The position numbers and the translations under genes are program-made. Below are positions 16,167 through 27,271 of a DNA stretch of 64,000 nucleotides, in pieces. Positions within the stretch are counted from its first letter, which is position 1. Every line of letters starts with the position of its first letter. Below the pieces are notes generated by a model, which saw only the letters and a list, made by a program, of their open reading frames with translations, was not told the origin of the DNA and did not search any database. Origin of the DNA: a virus; the IMG/VR virus record IMGVR_UViG_3300035670_013228, positions 1 to 64,000 of that record; one strand, 5' to 3'.

Positions 16167-17948
16167 ATGCCAATCAATAATTTAATACAATTTCGCAAAG
16201 GAAATAGTTCAGATTGGCTATCCACTAATCCTATATTAGCAAGCGGCGAACCAGGATATGATTCTACCAATAATATATTAAAAATTGGTGATGGAATTAC
16301 AACCTGGTCATTATTGTCTCAAATATCCTCTTCTGATATTTATGTTTATGCTAAGAACGCTACTGGTGGACCGTTAACCAAAGGACAAGCAGTTTATATC
16401 AGTGGTGCCCAAGGAGATCATCCGGTTTTAGCTCTAGCTTCTGCCGCATCTGAAACTTCTTCTAGTAAAACATTAGGATTATTAAAACAAAACTTAGACA
16501 ACAATGAATTTGGATACGTAGTTACAGAGGGTGTACTTAACGGATTAAATACAGATAGTGCAGGATCTGCTGGAGATAGTGTCTGGCTTTCTCCGTCAAC
16601 GCCGGGTGGATTAGTTTATGGATTAACCAATAAACCGTATGCGCCCAATCATATGGTATTTATTGGTTATGTGTTAAGAAAAAATAGTAATAATGGTAGT
16701 ATTTATATTAAAGTTCAAAATGGTTATGAACTAGAAGAATTACATAATGTTGCTGTTACCGGAGTTTCAAACGGTCAATTTTTACAATATAATAGCTCTA
16801 GTGGACTATGGGTTGGTAGTTCTAGTGGTAATTTTTCTACATTATCTATTAATGGAACTGGCGTTAGCATTAATGGACATACTCATACGGTTTCACAAAT
16901 TACAGATTTCAATAGTGGTGTTAGCGGCTTATTGCCAGTTAAAAATATAGTGGCTGGAACAGGAATTTTCTTATCTTCTTCTGATGGATCTTTTACCATC
17001 AATGCTACCGGCGTAACTGGAGGGTCCAGTTTAAATACAGAAGATGTAATGGATATTATTGGTACGGGCATTATTGGAGGTACAGGAATAAGCGTTAGCT
17101 ATGATGATACTAATGGCAGTGTTAGCGTTAATCTCTACGCTTCTGCGATAACGGGCTATGAAATACTATCAACAACCAAAGATACATTTAGCGTTAGTCC
17201 AAATTATTTAGTTGGTAATTTATCAGTATATTATAATGGTTTTAAATTATTATATGGTGAAGATTATACTGCGACTGATGGATCAACTTTTGTATTATCT
17301 AATCCCGGATCGTCTGGTGATGTTGTAGAGTGGGCAGGTTTGGGCGGTCCTGCTCAGTATGCATCGTTAACTCATTCTCATGGTAATATAACCAATAGTG
17401 GATCTTTAGGATCAACGAGCGGACTAGTTTTAGTAACAAAATCTGGCGGGGCCATAGATGTTGGATCTGGTTTGTATTATGATTCTAATAAATTAGGAAT
17501 TGGTACTAATAGTTTAAGTGGAGTTTTATCATTAAGCAATGGTTATTTTAATAGTGACGGCGATTCTAAGCAGACTTTATTAACTTTGCGTAATACCACT
17601 TCCAATGATTCTACAACAACATTGTATACTGACGGATCTTCCAGCAAACTAGTATTACCAGTTAGCGGAGTTTGGAACTTTAATATTAATTTGACCTGTT
17701 TGAGTATATCTAACAGTGGTGCTGCTGGATGGAATTTTAGAGGGTGTATTAAAAGAAATAGTAGCACTACAGCTCTAGTTGGATCAATTATAGAAGAAAA
17801 CTTTATTGATAGTAGTCTTAATGGAGTAGCAGCAACCGTTGTAGCTAACACCGGAACATCTAGTTTAGATATTAATGTTAATGGATTGGTTAGTAATAAT
17901 ATTCGTTGGACAGCAGCAACTAATTTAGTTCAAACTTATTATGGTTAA
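16167..17948 (+). CDS. Fibre protein with Mtd-N-like domain
   Basis: IQFRKG.SSDW..TNPILASGEPGYD....LKIGDG.T.W at the N-terminus. Confidence 0.75.
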   Translation: MPINNLIQFRKGNSSDWLSTNPILASGEPGYDSTNNILKIGDGITTWSLLSQISSSDIYVYAKNATGGPLTKGQAVYISGAQGDHPVLALASAASETSSSKTLGLLKQNLDNNEFGYVVTEGVLNGLNTDSAGSAGDSVWLSPSTPGGLVYGLTNKPYAPNHMVFIGYVLRKNSNNGSIYIKVQNGYELEELHNVAVTGVSNGQFLQYNSSSGLWVGSSSGNFSTLSINGTGVSINGHTHTVSQITDFNSGVSGLLPVKNIVAGTGIFLSSSDGSFTINATGVTGGSSLNTEDVMDIIGTGIIGGTGISVSYDDTNGSVSVNLYASAITGYEILSTTKDTFSVSPNYLVGNLSVYYNGFKLLYGEDYTATDGSTFVLSNPGSSGDVVEWAGLGGPAQYASLTHSHGNITNSGSLGSTSGLVLVTKSGGAIDVGSGLYYDSNKLGIGTNSLSGVLSLSNGYFNSDGDSKQTLLTLRNTTSNDSTTTLYTDGSSSKLVLPVSGVWNFNINLTCLSISNSGAAGWNFRGCIKRNSSTTALVGSIIEENFIDSSLNGVAATVVANTGTSSLDINVNGLVSNNIRWTAATNLVQTYYG

Positions 17949-17953
17949 TTATT

Positions 17954-20758
17954 ATGAGTATTAATTTTAACGATCATGATATTACTACTAGTGGAATTAT
18001 AACAGCAGCTAGTGGATATTTTACTACCTTAACTATTAATAATAGTAATTTTAATAGTAGTGTTAGTGGATTGCTTCCTACCATAAGTAATAGTGGAGAT
18101 AACAGAATATTAACCAGCACCGGCTCGACGGTTGGAATTAATGCTGAGAGTTATTTAACTTTTTCTGATGGTGTTTTAGACGTTGGTAGCACCGGTAATG
18201 CAATACCTTCACAAATTAACCTATATAATAGTGATTCTAACGATACTGTTGTAAGTTTAAGATTATTTGATACAAATAATAATTTAATGGTTTCTATTGG
18301 TTCAAACGATGACTCCGAATCTAATGATATCACTAGCTCTATTTATCCATTAAATATTACTTCATCTGAAACTTTTACTCTATTCACTAGTAAGAATTTA
18401 GATATTTATGCTACAAGTGGAACCACATTAACTGGTGGAAATTTACGAATAGCTAATCAAACAGCCAGTACCATCGCAAGTTTTGATAGTAATAAAAATG
18501 TTGTTTCTCTTAATACTAGTACTTATCCTAGTCTTACAGAATTGAGTTATGTTAAGGGTGTAACAAGCGCTATTCAAACTCAAATTGACTCTAAAGCAGC
18601 TATTAGTACAACCATTACCGCAGGAAGCGGATTAGCCGGTGGTGGAAGTCTTGCGGCGAATAGAACAATAGATATAGGTCAGGGCGATGGAATAAGTGTT
18701 AGTGCTGATAGCATAGCTGTTGATAGTACTGTTATAAGAACAACCGGTGTTCAAACAATGAGTGGCGCTAAAACATTTACCGCCGCTACAGTTTTCTCAA
18801 CTGGCGTTACAATTAGTTCTAGCGGCACAAATGTTCCACTTACTATTACTAATGATGGCACAGGTAATAGTTTTGTTGTTAATGATGTTACTGGTGATAC
18901 TTCTCCGTTCGTTATTGATAGTTCTGGAAATGTTGGAATTAGTACTAATCCATCTTATCGCTTGCATGTTGCTGGTGGCGGTGATCCATTATTAGTTTTA
19001 AATGCTGATAATAGTCAGACATGTGCTATGTGGTATCAGATTAATGGCAGTAATAAATGGTTTACATACGCTAGAACCACCGATAGTGCTTATTGTATCG
19101 GAAGTCCATCGGCTAATCCTGCAATAACTGTATCATCTACTGGGCGAGTTGGAATTGGTGTCACACCAGCATCTGCTGGTTCGTCTGCCCTACAAGTCAG
19201 AGGCGATCTTGATATATTTGGTAATGGTAGCGACAGATCAATCACATATAATATGGGCGTTGGAGATGATGGTATCACAGGATGGTATAGATCAAAAATC
19301 GCATTTATTCCATCCAGCGATACAAATAAAGTATCTCAACATATTGCATTCTTTAATAAAGATGGTGATCTTGGAGCATCGACGCTTACTGAGAGAATGC
19401 GGATTACTACTGATGGAAATGTTGGAATAGGAACAAGTTCAGTCAGTAGCGGATTTAAAGTTGATATTAGAGGTCGTATATTATCCTATACAACAGCTAG
19501 TGATGGACTGATAACAACCCAAGGTTTACAAACAACAAGTGGTGGTACCGGCAAAGCTGCTATTCAAATTGATGTTAATGGAAAAGGTGGCTTTGCATGG
19601 CAAAACGATGCTTCAAGTGGTACAAGATCTCTAAAATTAATAGAAAATGCTGGTTATGGAGCTAGTGAAACCACATTATGGACAGTACAAAGTGGTGGTA
19701 ATACTGGACTCGGAGCATCTCCCTCTAATGATTATAAATTAGTTATTGGCGGCGGAACAAGAACAGATTCATATACTACAAATCCATCTTTAGTAGCTAT
19801 AAAAGATTTTACCAATACCAATACTGGAGATAATCTATCAAGCGCCACATATAGTTATGCTACAACTAATGGTAATTATGCTATCAGAAATGTAGCTATA
19901 AATACATATTTTAAGATTAATTCTGGAATAACAAATAGTGGTAGTAGTGTTGGTATAGCTAATAATAATCTACGTAATTATGCATTAACTAATGATATTG
20001 GCACATTAAGTGCATTATATGGTATATATAATCAATATGGTCATTATAATACTTCTGCTGTTTCGCCAGTAACCACAACAGCAATTGGAATACAACATAT
20101 ACTATGGAGAGCTACCGGAACAATAACAAATGCTTTTGATATTTATTGTAGCGATGCTAGTTCTGGTGCTACAGTTACTAACAGATGGGGTATATATGTA
20201 GAACATACTGGTAAAAATTATTTTGGTGGTAATACTGGCGTTGGGGTATCGCCAACATATCGTTTTGAGGTAAGAGGATCTGGAGCTACTAGTTCAACAG
20301 TTTCTTTTTATGTTTCGAATAGTAGTGGAGCAGCTCTTTTATATACCAGAGATGATGGGGCCATAAATACTGGTACAGCAGCGGTTTCTCCATACAATAA
20401 TACCACCGCCACTGCTGCTAATATGGTGGTTGGTAGTGATGGATTTTTATATAGATCAACATCATCATTAAGATATAAAACCGATGTAAATGATGCAACT
20501 CATGGACTAAATGAAGTTTTACAATTAAAAAGCGTAACATTTAAAAGCTATAATGATGGCAATACAATATTTGGTGGTTTAATTGCCGAAGAAGTAGATA
20601 AAATAGGATTAACAGAGTTTGTACAATACGATAATGAAAATAGACCAGATTCTATACATTATGGTAATATGGTTTCCCTTTTAATTAAAGCTATACAAGA
20701 ACAACAAATTATGATTAATAACTTAAAAGACCGTTTATCCATACTAGAAGGAAATTAA
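17954..20758 (+). CDS. Fibre protein with C-terminal intramolecular chaperone (peptidase S74)
   Basis: SSLRYKTDV...GLNEVLQLKSVTF...GLIAEEV...LLIKAIQEQQ; GNVGIGT repeats. Confidence 0.85.
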   Translation: MSINFNDHDITTSGIITAASGYFTTLTINNSNFNSSVSGLLPTISNSGDNRILTSTGSTVGINAESYLTFSDGVLDVGSTGNAIPSQINLYNSDSNDTVVSLRLFDTNNNLMVSIGSNDDSESNDITSSIYPLNITSSETFTLFTSKNLDIYATSGTTLTGGNLRIANQTASTIASFDSNKNVVSLNTSTYPSLTELSYVKGVTSAIQTQIDSKAAISTTITAGSGLAGGGSLAANRTIDIGQGDGISVSADSIAVDSTVIRTTGVQTMSGAKTFTAATVFSTGVTISSSGTNVPLTITNDGTGNSFVVNDVTGDTSPFVIDSSGNVGISTNPSYRLHVAGGGDPLLVLNADNSQTCAMWYQINGSNKWFTYARTTDSAYCIGSPSANPAITVSSTGRVGIGVTPASAGSSALQVRGDLDIFGNGSDRSITYNMGVGDDGITGWYRSKIAFIPSSDTNKVSQHIAFFNKDGDLGASTLTERMRITTDGNVGIGTSSVSSGFKVDIRGRILSYTTASDGLITTQGLQTTSGGTGKAAIQIDVNGKGGFAWQNDASSGTRSLKLIENAGYGASETTLWTVQSGGNTGLGASPSNDYKLVIGGGTRTDSYTTNPSLVAIKDFTNTNTGDNLSSATYSYATTNGNYAIRNVAINTYFKINSGITNSGSSVGIANNNLRNYALTNDIGTLSALYGIYNQYGHYNTSAVSPVTTTAIGIQHILWRATGTITNAFDIYCSDASSGATVTNRWGIYVEHTGKNYFGGNTGVGVSPTYRFEVRGSGATSSTVSFYVSNSSGAALLYTRDDGAINTGTAAVSPYNNTTATAANMVVGSDGFLYRSTSSLRYKTDVNDATHGLNEVLQLKSVTFKSYNDGNTIFGGLIAEEVDKIGLTEFVQYDNENRPDSIHYGNMVSLLIKAIQEQQIMINNLKDRLSILEGN

Positions 20759-20759
20759 T

Positions 20760-21083
20760 ATGTTACCAGTTTTAAGCCCAGCAATAGTATCAACAGTTCC
20801 AGCAAAAACATATGATAAATTATGGGTTGAAGAAATAATTATTAGTGCGGGAACTTTGGGCGGTGAGGCTACTGCTAGAGTTCGTTTGAAAAAATTTGGA
20901 GTTTTTGATGGTGTGGCCGAATATATGCCGGGAGATAACGGAACTTGGTTAGTTATTGATAATTTATTAAGTAAAAGTGCAGAAGATAGTGACCTTGCAA
21001 ATATAGTGCAATCATTACTATTATATATAGGAAAAGCTGGAGCAGAACAGGGTGTTATTGCTCCAATTAACAGTCCAGAATAA
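20760..21083 (+). CDS. Hypothetical fibre-associated protein
   Basis: Abuts the fibre gene stop; 107 aa. Confidence 0.6.
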   Translation: MLPVLSPAIVSTVPAKTYDKLWVEEIIISAGTLGGEATARVRLKKFGVFDGVAEYMPGDNGTWLVIDNLLSKSAEDSDLANIVQSLLLYIGKAGAEQGVIAPINSPE

Positions 21084-21094
21084 GGGGAAGAATT

Positions 21095-21265
21095 ATGGAA
21101 TTAAATCAAGGTGATATTCAGAATCTAATGGTGGTTATTGATCTTGCTACTCAAAGGGGCGTTTTTAAGGCCCAAGATTTGGTGGCTATTGGTCAACTTT
21201 ATGAGAAACTAAATACTATTAATAAGAATTTAACAGAACAGAATAAAGATAAAACTACTAGTTAA
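21095..21265 (+). CDS. Small helical protein (56 aa, MELNQGDIQNLMVVIDLATQRGVFKAQDLVAIGQLYEKL...); not in ORF track
   Basis: Translated by hand; SD AAGGGG upstream; fills the gap between co-oriented genes. Confidence 0.7.
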   Translation: MELNQGDIQNLMVVIDLATQRGVFKAQDLVAIGQLYEKLNTINKNLTEQNKDKTTS

Positions 21266-21273
21266 GGATATCT

Positions 21274-24200
21274 ATGGTTAAAATATTAAATTATGCACAA
21301 AATATTACTAGAAGTAGTAATGATAATCTATTAATAAACGGTAATTTTGACGTTTGGCAAAGAGGATCTCCATTTTTTGCTGGTGGATTTACCGCAGACA
21401 GATGGTATATGATTAGTAACGGAGGCAATCAAGCTTCACGGTTAGCTGGTAATATTGGGTTAGACAACGCATCTAATTGTATAAGATTAAGAACATTATC
21501 TTCGGGATCGTATCCGGTTTTAAGTCAAACTATTGATAGTGATACTACAGTAGATATTAGAGGCAAAACTCTCACATTTAGTTTTTATGCTAAAAAACCT
21601 TCTGATAGCAATTGGAGTGGTCCGGTATATGGTAACGTATATTATAGTCCTAATTTTGATAACATAAGCAATGGTAAAATAGAGATTATAGATGCTAAAT
21701 TTAGTGGTTCCTTAACTTCTACCGATTCTTGGACACTGTTTAAAAATTCTTTTAGTGTTCCGTCCAATGCTTCTACTTTACTAGTAGAAATATATCCTAG
21801 TGGTGGATTAGATAATAATTCTATTATTGATATAGGTAGAGCTAAATTGGAAATTGGTAATGTTGTGAGTAATTTTAAGCCTATTACTTATAATGAAGAA
21901 TTAACTAAATGCAAAAGATTTTACCAAAAAGTTGATGCTACTCTTAAAGCTGGTACCGGAGCTGGTAAAAGTAGTAGAAAATTTGGAGTCAACATACCGT
22001 TACCTGTACCACCACGATCATCTAATCCAAAAATTAGTATATCTCAAAATAACAACATTTTAATAGATAGTTTTAGTGCAAGCATTACCCCAAACTCTTA
22101 TCTTAATCTTGTTGCTGACACGAAGAATCTTTACTCTGAACTAAATTTACAATTAATTGTTGATGATGAAATTGTTTATGGAAAAGAACCAGGAGTTATT
22201 ACTAGTGTTAATATTATAAGAGGTACTGGTAAAGTTGATTTAGACTGGAATGCCCCCACTAATAGTGATACTACTATAAGTTATGCTGTATTATATGGTA
22301 ATACTCCGAATAATATTATTAACATATCTACTTTTAGTGATTCATCAGGATCAATAACGGGTCTAACAGATAGTAGTCCCTATTACTTTAAATTATATAG
22401 CGTTAATTCCTACGGCCAATCACCACTGTCTAATATTTTTGAGGTTGCTCCGGCCTATAATGTTCCTTCTGGATTAACATCGTTAACAGGAGTTTGGGGA
22501 TTTGATACAACCTATCTGTCTTGGGATGGACCAAATAATAATGGAGGATCACCGGTAACAGGATATCGAATAGATCGATCAATGTATAGTAATTTTCCTG
22601 ATGTTGAGGATGTTCCAAATTATAATTCTACTTTTTATGTTTCTGGTTCGTTAAGAAACTTTAGTATTAGTAAGTTTAATCCTGAATTAACAACTACTGG
22701 TAATTATTATTTTAGAGTAGCAGCAATGAATTTGGCTGGTACTGGTACTCCATCGTCTTTCACACTAAGCAAAACAACACCGTCCGCTCCAACAGGATTA
22801 TCATCTCTTGTTGGTAATGCTGCTGTTACTCTTAATTATTTACCACCCAGTGGTAATGGCGGATTAATAATAGATCACGTTAGTGTTGAAAAAAGCTCAT
22901 CAAGTTCTTTCACCTCAACAACCGGCTCTTTGCATGTGGCCAACTATGAACCAATTACTCTTAGTGGACTAACAAATAGTGTTAATCACTATTTTAGAAT
23001 CAGAGCACACAATGCTTCCGGATACGGACCGTATTCATCAACAGTATTAGCTATGCCAAACAAACCTGTTACTGTTCCTAATGCCCCTCAAAGCATTAGT
23101 GCTTCATGGGTTGACGACGATACTGTTCAAGTATTAATGTCTGCCCCAACAGATGACGGCGGAACCCCCATAATTAATTATACGGTATACTCATCATCTG
23201 GATCAGGGTTTGCTACAAATTTAACAACTAGTATAACACAAAATAGTGTTCCTAATATAAGTTTTGATGTACCAATAACTGGTAATTATAATACATTTTA
23301 TTTTAGAGGTAAAGCCAATAATAGTGTTGGCTCTAGTTCGTATAGTCCTACTGGTTCGTTAGCTAAACAAAGTCCAAATGCTCCAACATTAACCAATATT
23401 TTACCAGGAGACGCATCTGCTACGCTATTATATTCTCAACCAATATCAAGAGGATCAGCAATAACTGGTTATCTTATTGATTATAGTACAAGTAGTAATT
23501 TCTCTTCTAGTACCACTACAACATCAACAACTCTTAGCAAAGTCATTACAGGATTAACTAACAATACTCTTTACTATAGTAGAGTAAGAGCGGCCAATAT
23601 TATTGGTACTGGTAATTATTCTAATACCATTAGTTTTATACCAGTAAGTCCTTACTCCGCACCCACCGCGCCAGCCAATGTCACCATAACAGAGTTGAAC
23701 TACGGTTCTGCCTCAAACTCTTTACCAGTAAATAAGTCAAGTTTTTATGGTTATGCACTATATGCTGGGTGGATATATTCGGTATTAATAGATAATTCTT
23801 ATCAAACTGCTAATTTTAATTACGGAAACATAGCATTTACTGGACAAGTTTATGGATCTAATCCATACATGAGTTTTTCTGATTTTAGACGAGCAGCTGT
23901 TCATGCTGGAGTATTTTCATCATTATCTTCTACTGGAATATTGTATATTTATGGTGGTATCACTAATGACTTTTTGGTTGGTTCTACTAAAAATAATATC
24001 TCTTCATTAAATTCATTATCAACAATATCTCTACAACAAACATTTAATATTATTGGAGCATCAACCAATACTGGATGTTATTATACTAAAGGAACATCTG
24101 CGGGAATAACCACCAACACCCACGCTCCGGCACTACACTGGTCTGGACCAGTTAATAATGGAGGATTGCCCATTACAGGTTATGAAATTCAATATGCTGC

Positions 24201-25089
24201 TAACAGTTCATTTTCTAGTCAATTAACAACATTATCTGTTCCTGGCAAACTTAATTATCATACTCAATGCATAACCCATAGTGGAGTAGATTTATATGCT
24301 AGAATAAGAGCGTATAATGCTACAGGAGTATCCCCATGGTCGAATACTGCCACAATATTAGGCAAGGGTCTTGGAGCACCACAGCCACCAACCTCTGTGA
24401 TATCATCAGCTGTTGCAACCACAGGAATATCCATATCTTGGACAGCTCCTAGCAATCCTGTTGGTAGTGGTTTTGATAGTCCATCGAACATAGGATATAA
24501 AGTACAATACTATCAACCAGGAAATTTTCCGACCACAAAGCTCACAACATCCACAGCGATTACTGTACCAGTACAGCAAGAAGGTCTTTATCTGATACGG
24601 ATACAAACATATAATAGTACATATAATAGTAATTTTGTAGGATCCGCAGTTAATGTTATTATGGGGAACGCTCCAACAACTTGGGTATTCATTATTAGTG
24701 CCCCCTGTTGCAATGCGGCTAGTTCTGATCAATTAGTAGCTAAACTTAATGATAATTCAAATCAATTGGGTAGTACTTTTAGTAGCTGCGCTGGAGCTAA
24801 TGGCGCTGCTTTTATAATTGCTGATTTTGGTGGAGTTAAAAATGTAACAAATATTTTTATTCGTCCGCATTATGTATACGGAGCATACTATTTAAATCAT
24901 GCATTATTAGAAGGCAGTCAAGACAAAGTAAATTGGACCACGATTCAAAATTTTGCTACTACGAGTCCTGCTCTTTTTACAGATTCTACTACTCAAAAAA
25001 CTATAAGCGGAAACTGGAATTATAGATATATTAGATTAAAATCTGGAAGTGTTTCGTGTATTGATTTATCGGAATTTAAATTCTCATGA
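21274..25089 (+). CDS. Multi-domain adhesin: CBM-like N-terminus, multiple FN3 repeats, LCCL-like insert, C-terminal discoidin/F5-8-like domain
   Basis: LLINGNFDVWQRG; repeated AP..L...L.W..P.NNGG..ITGY; VYGS..Y....RAAVHAGV...GSTKN.ISS; ADFG...LEGSQD..NW...YRYIRL. Confidence 0.75.
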   Translation: MVKILNYAQNITRSSNDNLLINGNFDVWQRGSPFFAGGFTADRWYMISNGGNQASRLAGNIGLDNASNCIRLRTLSSGSYPVLSQTIDSDTTVDIRGKTLTFSFYAKKPSDSNWSGPVYGNVYYSPNFDNISNGKIEIIDAKFSGSLTSTDSWTLFKNSFSVPSNASTLLVEIYPSGGLDNNSIIDIGRAKLEIGNVVSNFKPITYNEELTKCKRFYQKVDATLKAGTGAGKSSRKFGVNIPLPVPPRSSNPKISISQNNNILIDSFSASITPNSYLNLVADTKNLYSELNLQLIVDDEIVYGKEPGVITSVNIIRGTGKVDLDWNAPTNSDTTISYAVLYGNTPNNIINISTFSDSSGSITGLTDSSPYYFKLYSVNSYGQSPLSNIFEVAPAYNVPSGLTSLTGVWGFDTTYLSWDGPNNNGGSPVTGYRIDRSMYSNFPDVEDVPNYNSTFYVSGSLRNFSISKFNPELTTTGNYYFRVAAMNLAGTGTPSSFTLSKTTPSAPTGLSSLVGNAAVTLNYLPPSGNGGLIIDHVSVEKSSSSSFTSTTGSLHVANYEPITLSGLTNSVNHYFRIRAHNASGYGPYSSTVLAMPNKPVTVPNAPQSISASWVDDDTVQVLMSAPTDDGGTPIINYTVYSSSGSGFATNLTTSITQNSVPNISFDVPITGNYNTFYFRGKANNSVGSSSYSPTGSLAKQSPNAPTLTNILPGDASATLLYSQPISRGSAITGYLIDYSTSSNFSSSTTTTSTTLSKVITGLTNNTLYYSRVRAANIIGTGNYSNTISFIPVSPYSAPTAPANVTITELNYGSASNSLPVNKSSFYGYALYAGWIYSVLIDNSYQTANFNYGNIAFTGQVYGSNPYMSFSDFRRAAVHAGVFSSLSSTGILYIYGGITNDFLVGSTKNNISSLNSLSTISLQQTFNIIGASTNTGCYYTKGTSAGITTNTHAPALHWSGPVNNGGLPITGYEIQYAANSSFSSQLTTLSVPGKLNYHTQCITHSGVDLYARIRAYNATGVSPWSNTATILGKGLGAPQPPTSVISSAVATTGISISWTAPSNPVGSGFDSPSNIGYKVQYYQPGNFPTTKLTTSTAITVPVQQEGLYLIRIQTYNSTYNSNFVGSAVNVIMGNAPTTWVFIISAPCCNAASSDQLVAKLNDNSNQLGSTFSSCAGANGAAFIIADFGGVKNVTNIFIRPHYVYGAYYLNHALLEGSQDKVNWTTIQNFATTSPALFTDSTTQKTISGNWNYRYIRLKSGSVSCIDLSEFKFS

Positions 25090-26225
25090 TATGCGATTAT
25101 GCCAATATATACGATTATTGCTGTAATAAATATTCTTATAGTTATACTAGTTTTAGTATAATTGATAACTATGTAGCAGCAAACACTGGATACGACGGAT
25201 CAGTTTACCGAACAGACAAAACTACTAATGAAACAGTTTTATTACAGCCAAATTCATCACTACAAATAAAAACTTGTGATCTTAATGATGAAAACCCTGA
25301 GCTTAATGCGTGGGAATGTTACTTGTGGTACAAAAATAATAATTGTGGACCAGTTAGTGATCCTCCGTTAGAAGATTACCAATTAGCTCAGATCGATCTT
25401 ATTAATAGCAACTATGATAGTACTCTAGATAATGGTTTATTAATCACAATATCTAATTTTGCTACTGATATTAGTTTATCAGTAAACGGAGCATATTCTA
25501 ATACTACCATTTCTGAAACTACAAATTTTAGCATAGTATTACCAGCAAAAAAAGACGACGTTATTAACTTTAGCAATATACTATCACTAGCCACACTACT
25601 AAATGCTAATAATGATTCGTCTCCGTTGCCGCCGTTGATAGACTACTATAATAATGCTCATTTTTTAAACTATTATAATCTAACTAATATTTTGTCCAAC
25701 TATTTTAATAAACTAAAGTCTTATAAGATAATAAAAGATAACTTGATAAATAATGTATTAAACTCTAGTACAATATCCGATATTCAAAAACAAACTTTTG
25801 CTCCGTCTTACACATCAACCTTAACCTCCGATAAAAACACAAACTTATCCAGTAAAAATAGTACTATTGTTAAATTTAGTTCATTAAGTTGTGAAGAAAA
25901 AGAAAACTTGTGCGATCCGCCGTGTGATCCTAGTAGCTGCCAAACTTGTGTAGACGGAAATTGTGAGAGTTTGTGTTCCGAAGGAGAATGCTGTAATAAT
26001 GGCGTATGTGGAGCTTGTGGATGCTGGGTTTGCGGAGAAGATGATCTATGTGATCAAATAAATCTACCTTACACATCAACTGCTAATATTGTATACGATG
26101 AATGTTCCGGCAATATACCAGATGATTTTGGAGATAATCAATATTCTGGTAATTTGTATGCAACAGAATATGATTGCTGTATACAATGCGAATCTTGGAG
26201 AGGTCCTGGAGGATGTTCTCCATGA
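25086..26225 (+). CDS. Cys-rich paralog 1 (DUF4376-like middle region, Cys-rich C-terminus)
   Basis: MICDY..I.DYC start; CDPPCDP..CQ.CV.G.C...C....CCNNGVCG at 25911-26012. Confidence 0.7.
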   Translation: MICDYANIYDYCCNKYSYSYTSFSIIDNYVAANTGYDGSVYRTDKTTNETVLLQPNSSLQIKTCDLNDENPELNAWECYLWYKNNNCGPVSDPPLEDYQLAQIDLINSNYDSTLDNGLLITISNFATDISLSVNGAYSNTTISETTNFSIVLPAKKDDVINFSNILSLATLLNANNDSSPLPPLIDYYNNAHFLNYYNLTNILSNYFNKLKSYKIIKDNLINNVLNSSTISDIQKQTFAPSYTSTLTSDKNTNLSSKNSTIVKFSSLSCEEKENLCDPPCDPSSCQTCVDGNCESLCSEGECCNNGVCGACGCWVCGEDDLCDQINLPYTSTANIVYDECSGNIPDDFGDNQYSGNLYATEYDCCIQCESWRGPGGCSP

Positions 26226-27250
26226 TATGTAATTATCAAAATATAACTGATTATTGTTTAAATAAATTTACTTATCAGTATGCTAGTATTCCCACAGCAA
26301 CTAGCGGAGACTTGACTACTAGTGTTATTCGCACAGATAAAGACTCTGGTGAGGTTGTAACTATTAGCCCAAACACTGATTTGTATGTGCTGCCATGTGA
26401 TAACAACGATTTGGTAGAAGTAATATCAGCATGGGAATGTTATCAAATTTTTATCAACAATAATAATTTAGTTAGTAAAGTTGATACAAGCATTGTTCAG
26501 AACAATAAACAAACAAAAATTACTAATACTTATGATCTTAATCTTCAAGATAGTATAAGTATAAATTTAGATAATTTTAATACTATAATGCTAGACAGTT
26601 CTACTGAAAATCAAATTCATCTGGGTAATATATTTTGTTTAGCTAATATACTATACAACGAAGATACTAATAGTGTTATGCCATATATATTAGACGTTAA
26701 TAATATAGCTTATTATTTTAGTTATAATGATCTAAAAAGCTTACTAAAAACTTATTTTTATCAAGTAGCTAAAGTTAAAAATATAAAAGACGATTTGTTA
26801 TTTCAAGTATCAGCAGATACTAATAGTGAAGATATAAATAGTAAATCATTATGTAAAAATAAAGTAGCTGTCAATATATTTAAAGAAAATAAAAGTATTG
26901 ATATTTCAACATATAAAAATCCAATATTAGTTAGTTTACCACCAGAAATTTGTGATCCTCCGTGTGATCCAGCTAATTGCCAAAGTTGTGTGAATGGAGA
27001 ATGTGTGAGTAATTGCTCAGAAGAACAGTGTTGTAATAATGGCGTATGCGGAGATTGTGATTCATGCGAAGGAACTTGTTTTCACGAAGAGTCTGGCGGT
27101 TTATGGTCTCCGCCCCTTTTTGCGGACTGTGAGGTTTACGATGGTACGCCTATCGAAGCAGAATGTAGATGTAATAGTCCCACTTTCGATCTTGGTCGTC
27201 CACCCAATCCAGGAGAAACTTATACATCAAACTGTTATTCGTGGCCATAA
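26222..27250 (+). CDS. Cys-rich paralog 2
   Basis: Start moved to 26222 (ATGA overlap, MICNYQN matches the paralogs); Cys module at 26951-27052. Confidence 0.7.
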   Translation: MICNYQNITDYCLNKFTYQYASIPTATSGDLTTSVIRTDKDSGEVVTISPNTDLYVLPCDNNDLVEVISAWECYQIFINNNNLVSKVDTSIVQNNKQTKITNTYDLNLQDSISINLDNFNTIMLDSSTENQIHLGNIFCLANILYNEDTNSVMPYILDVNNIAYYFSYNDLKSLLKTYFYQVAKVKNIKDDLLFQVSADTNSEDINSKSLCKNKVAVNIFKENKSIDISTYKNPILVSLPPEICDPPCDPANCQSCVNGECVSNCSEEQCCNNGVCGDCDSCEGTCFHEESGGLWSPPLFADCEVYDGTPIEAECRCNSPTFDLGRPPNPGETYTSNCYSWP

Positions 27251-27271
27251 ATATAAATCTAGAAATATAAT

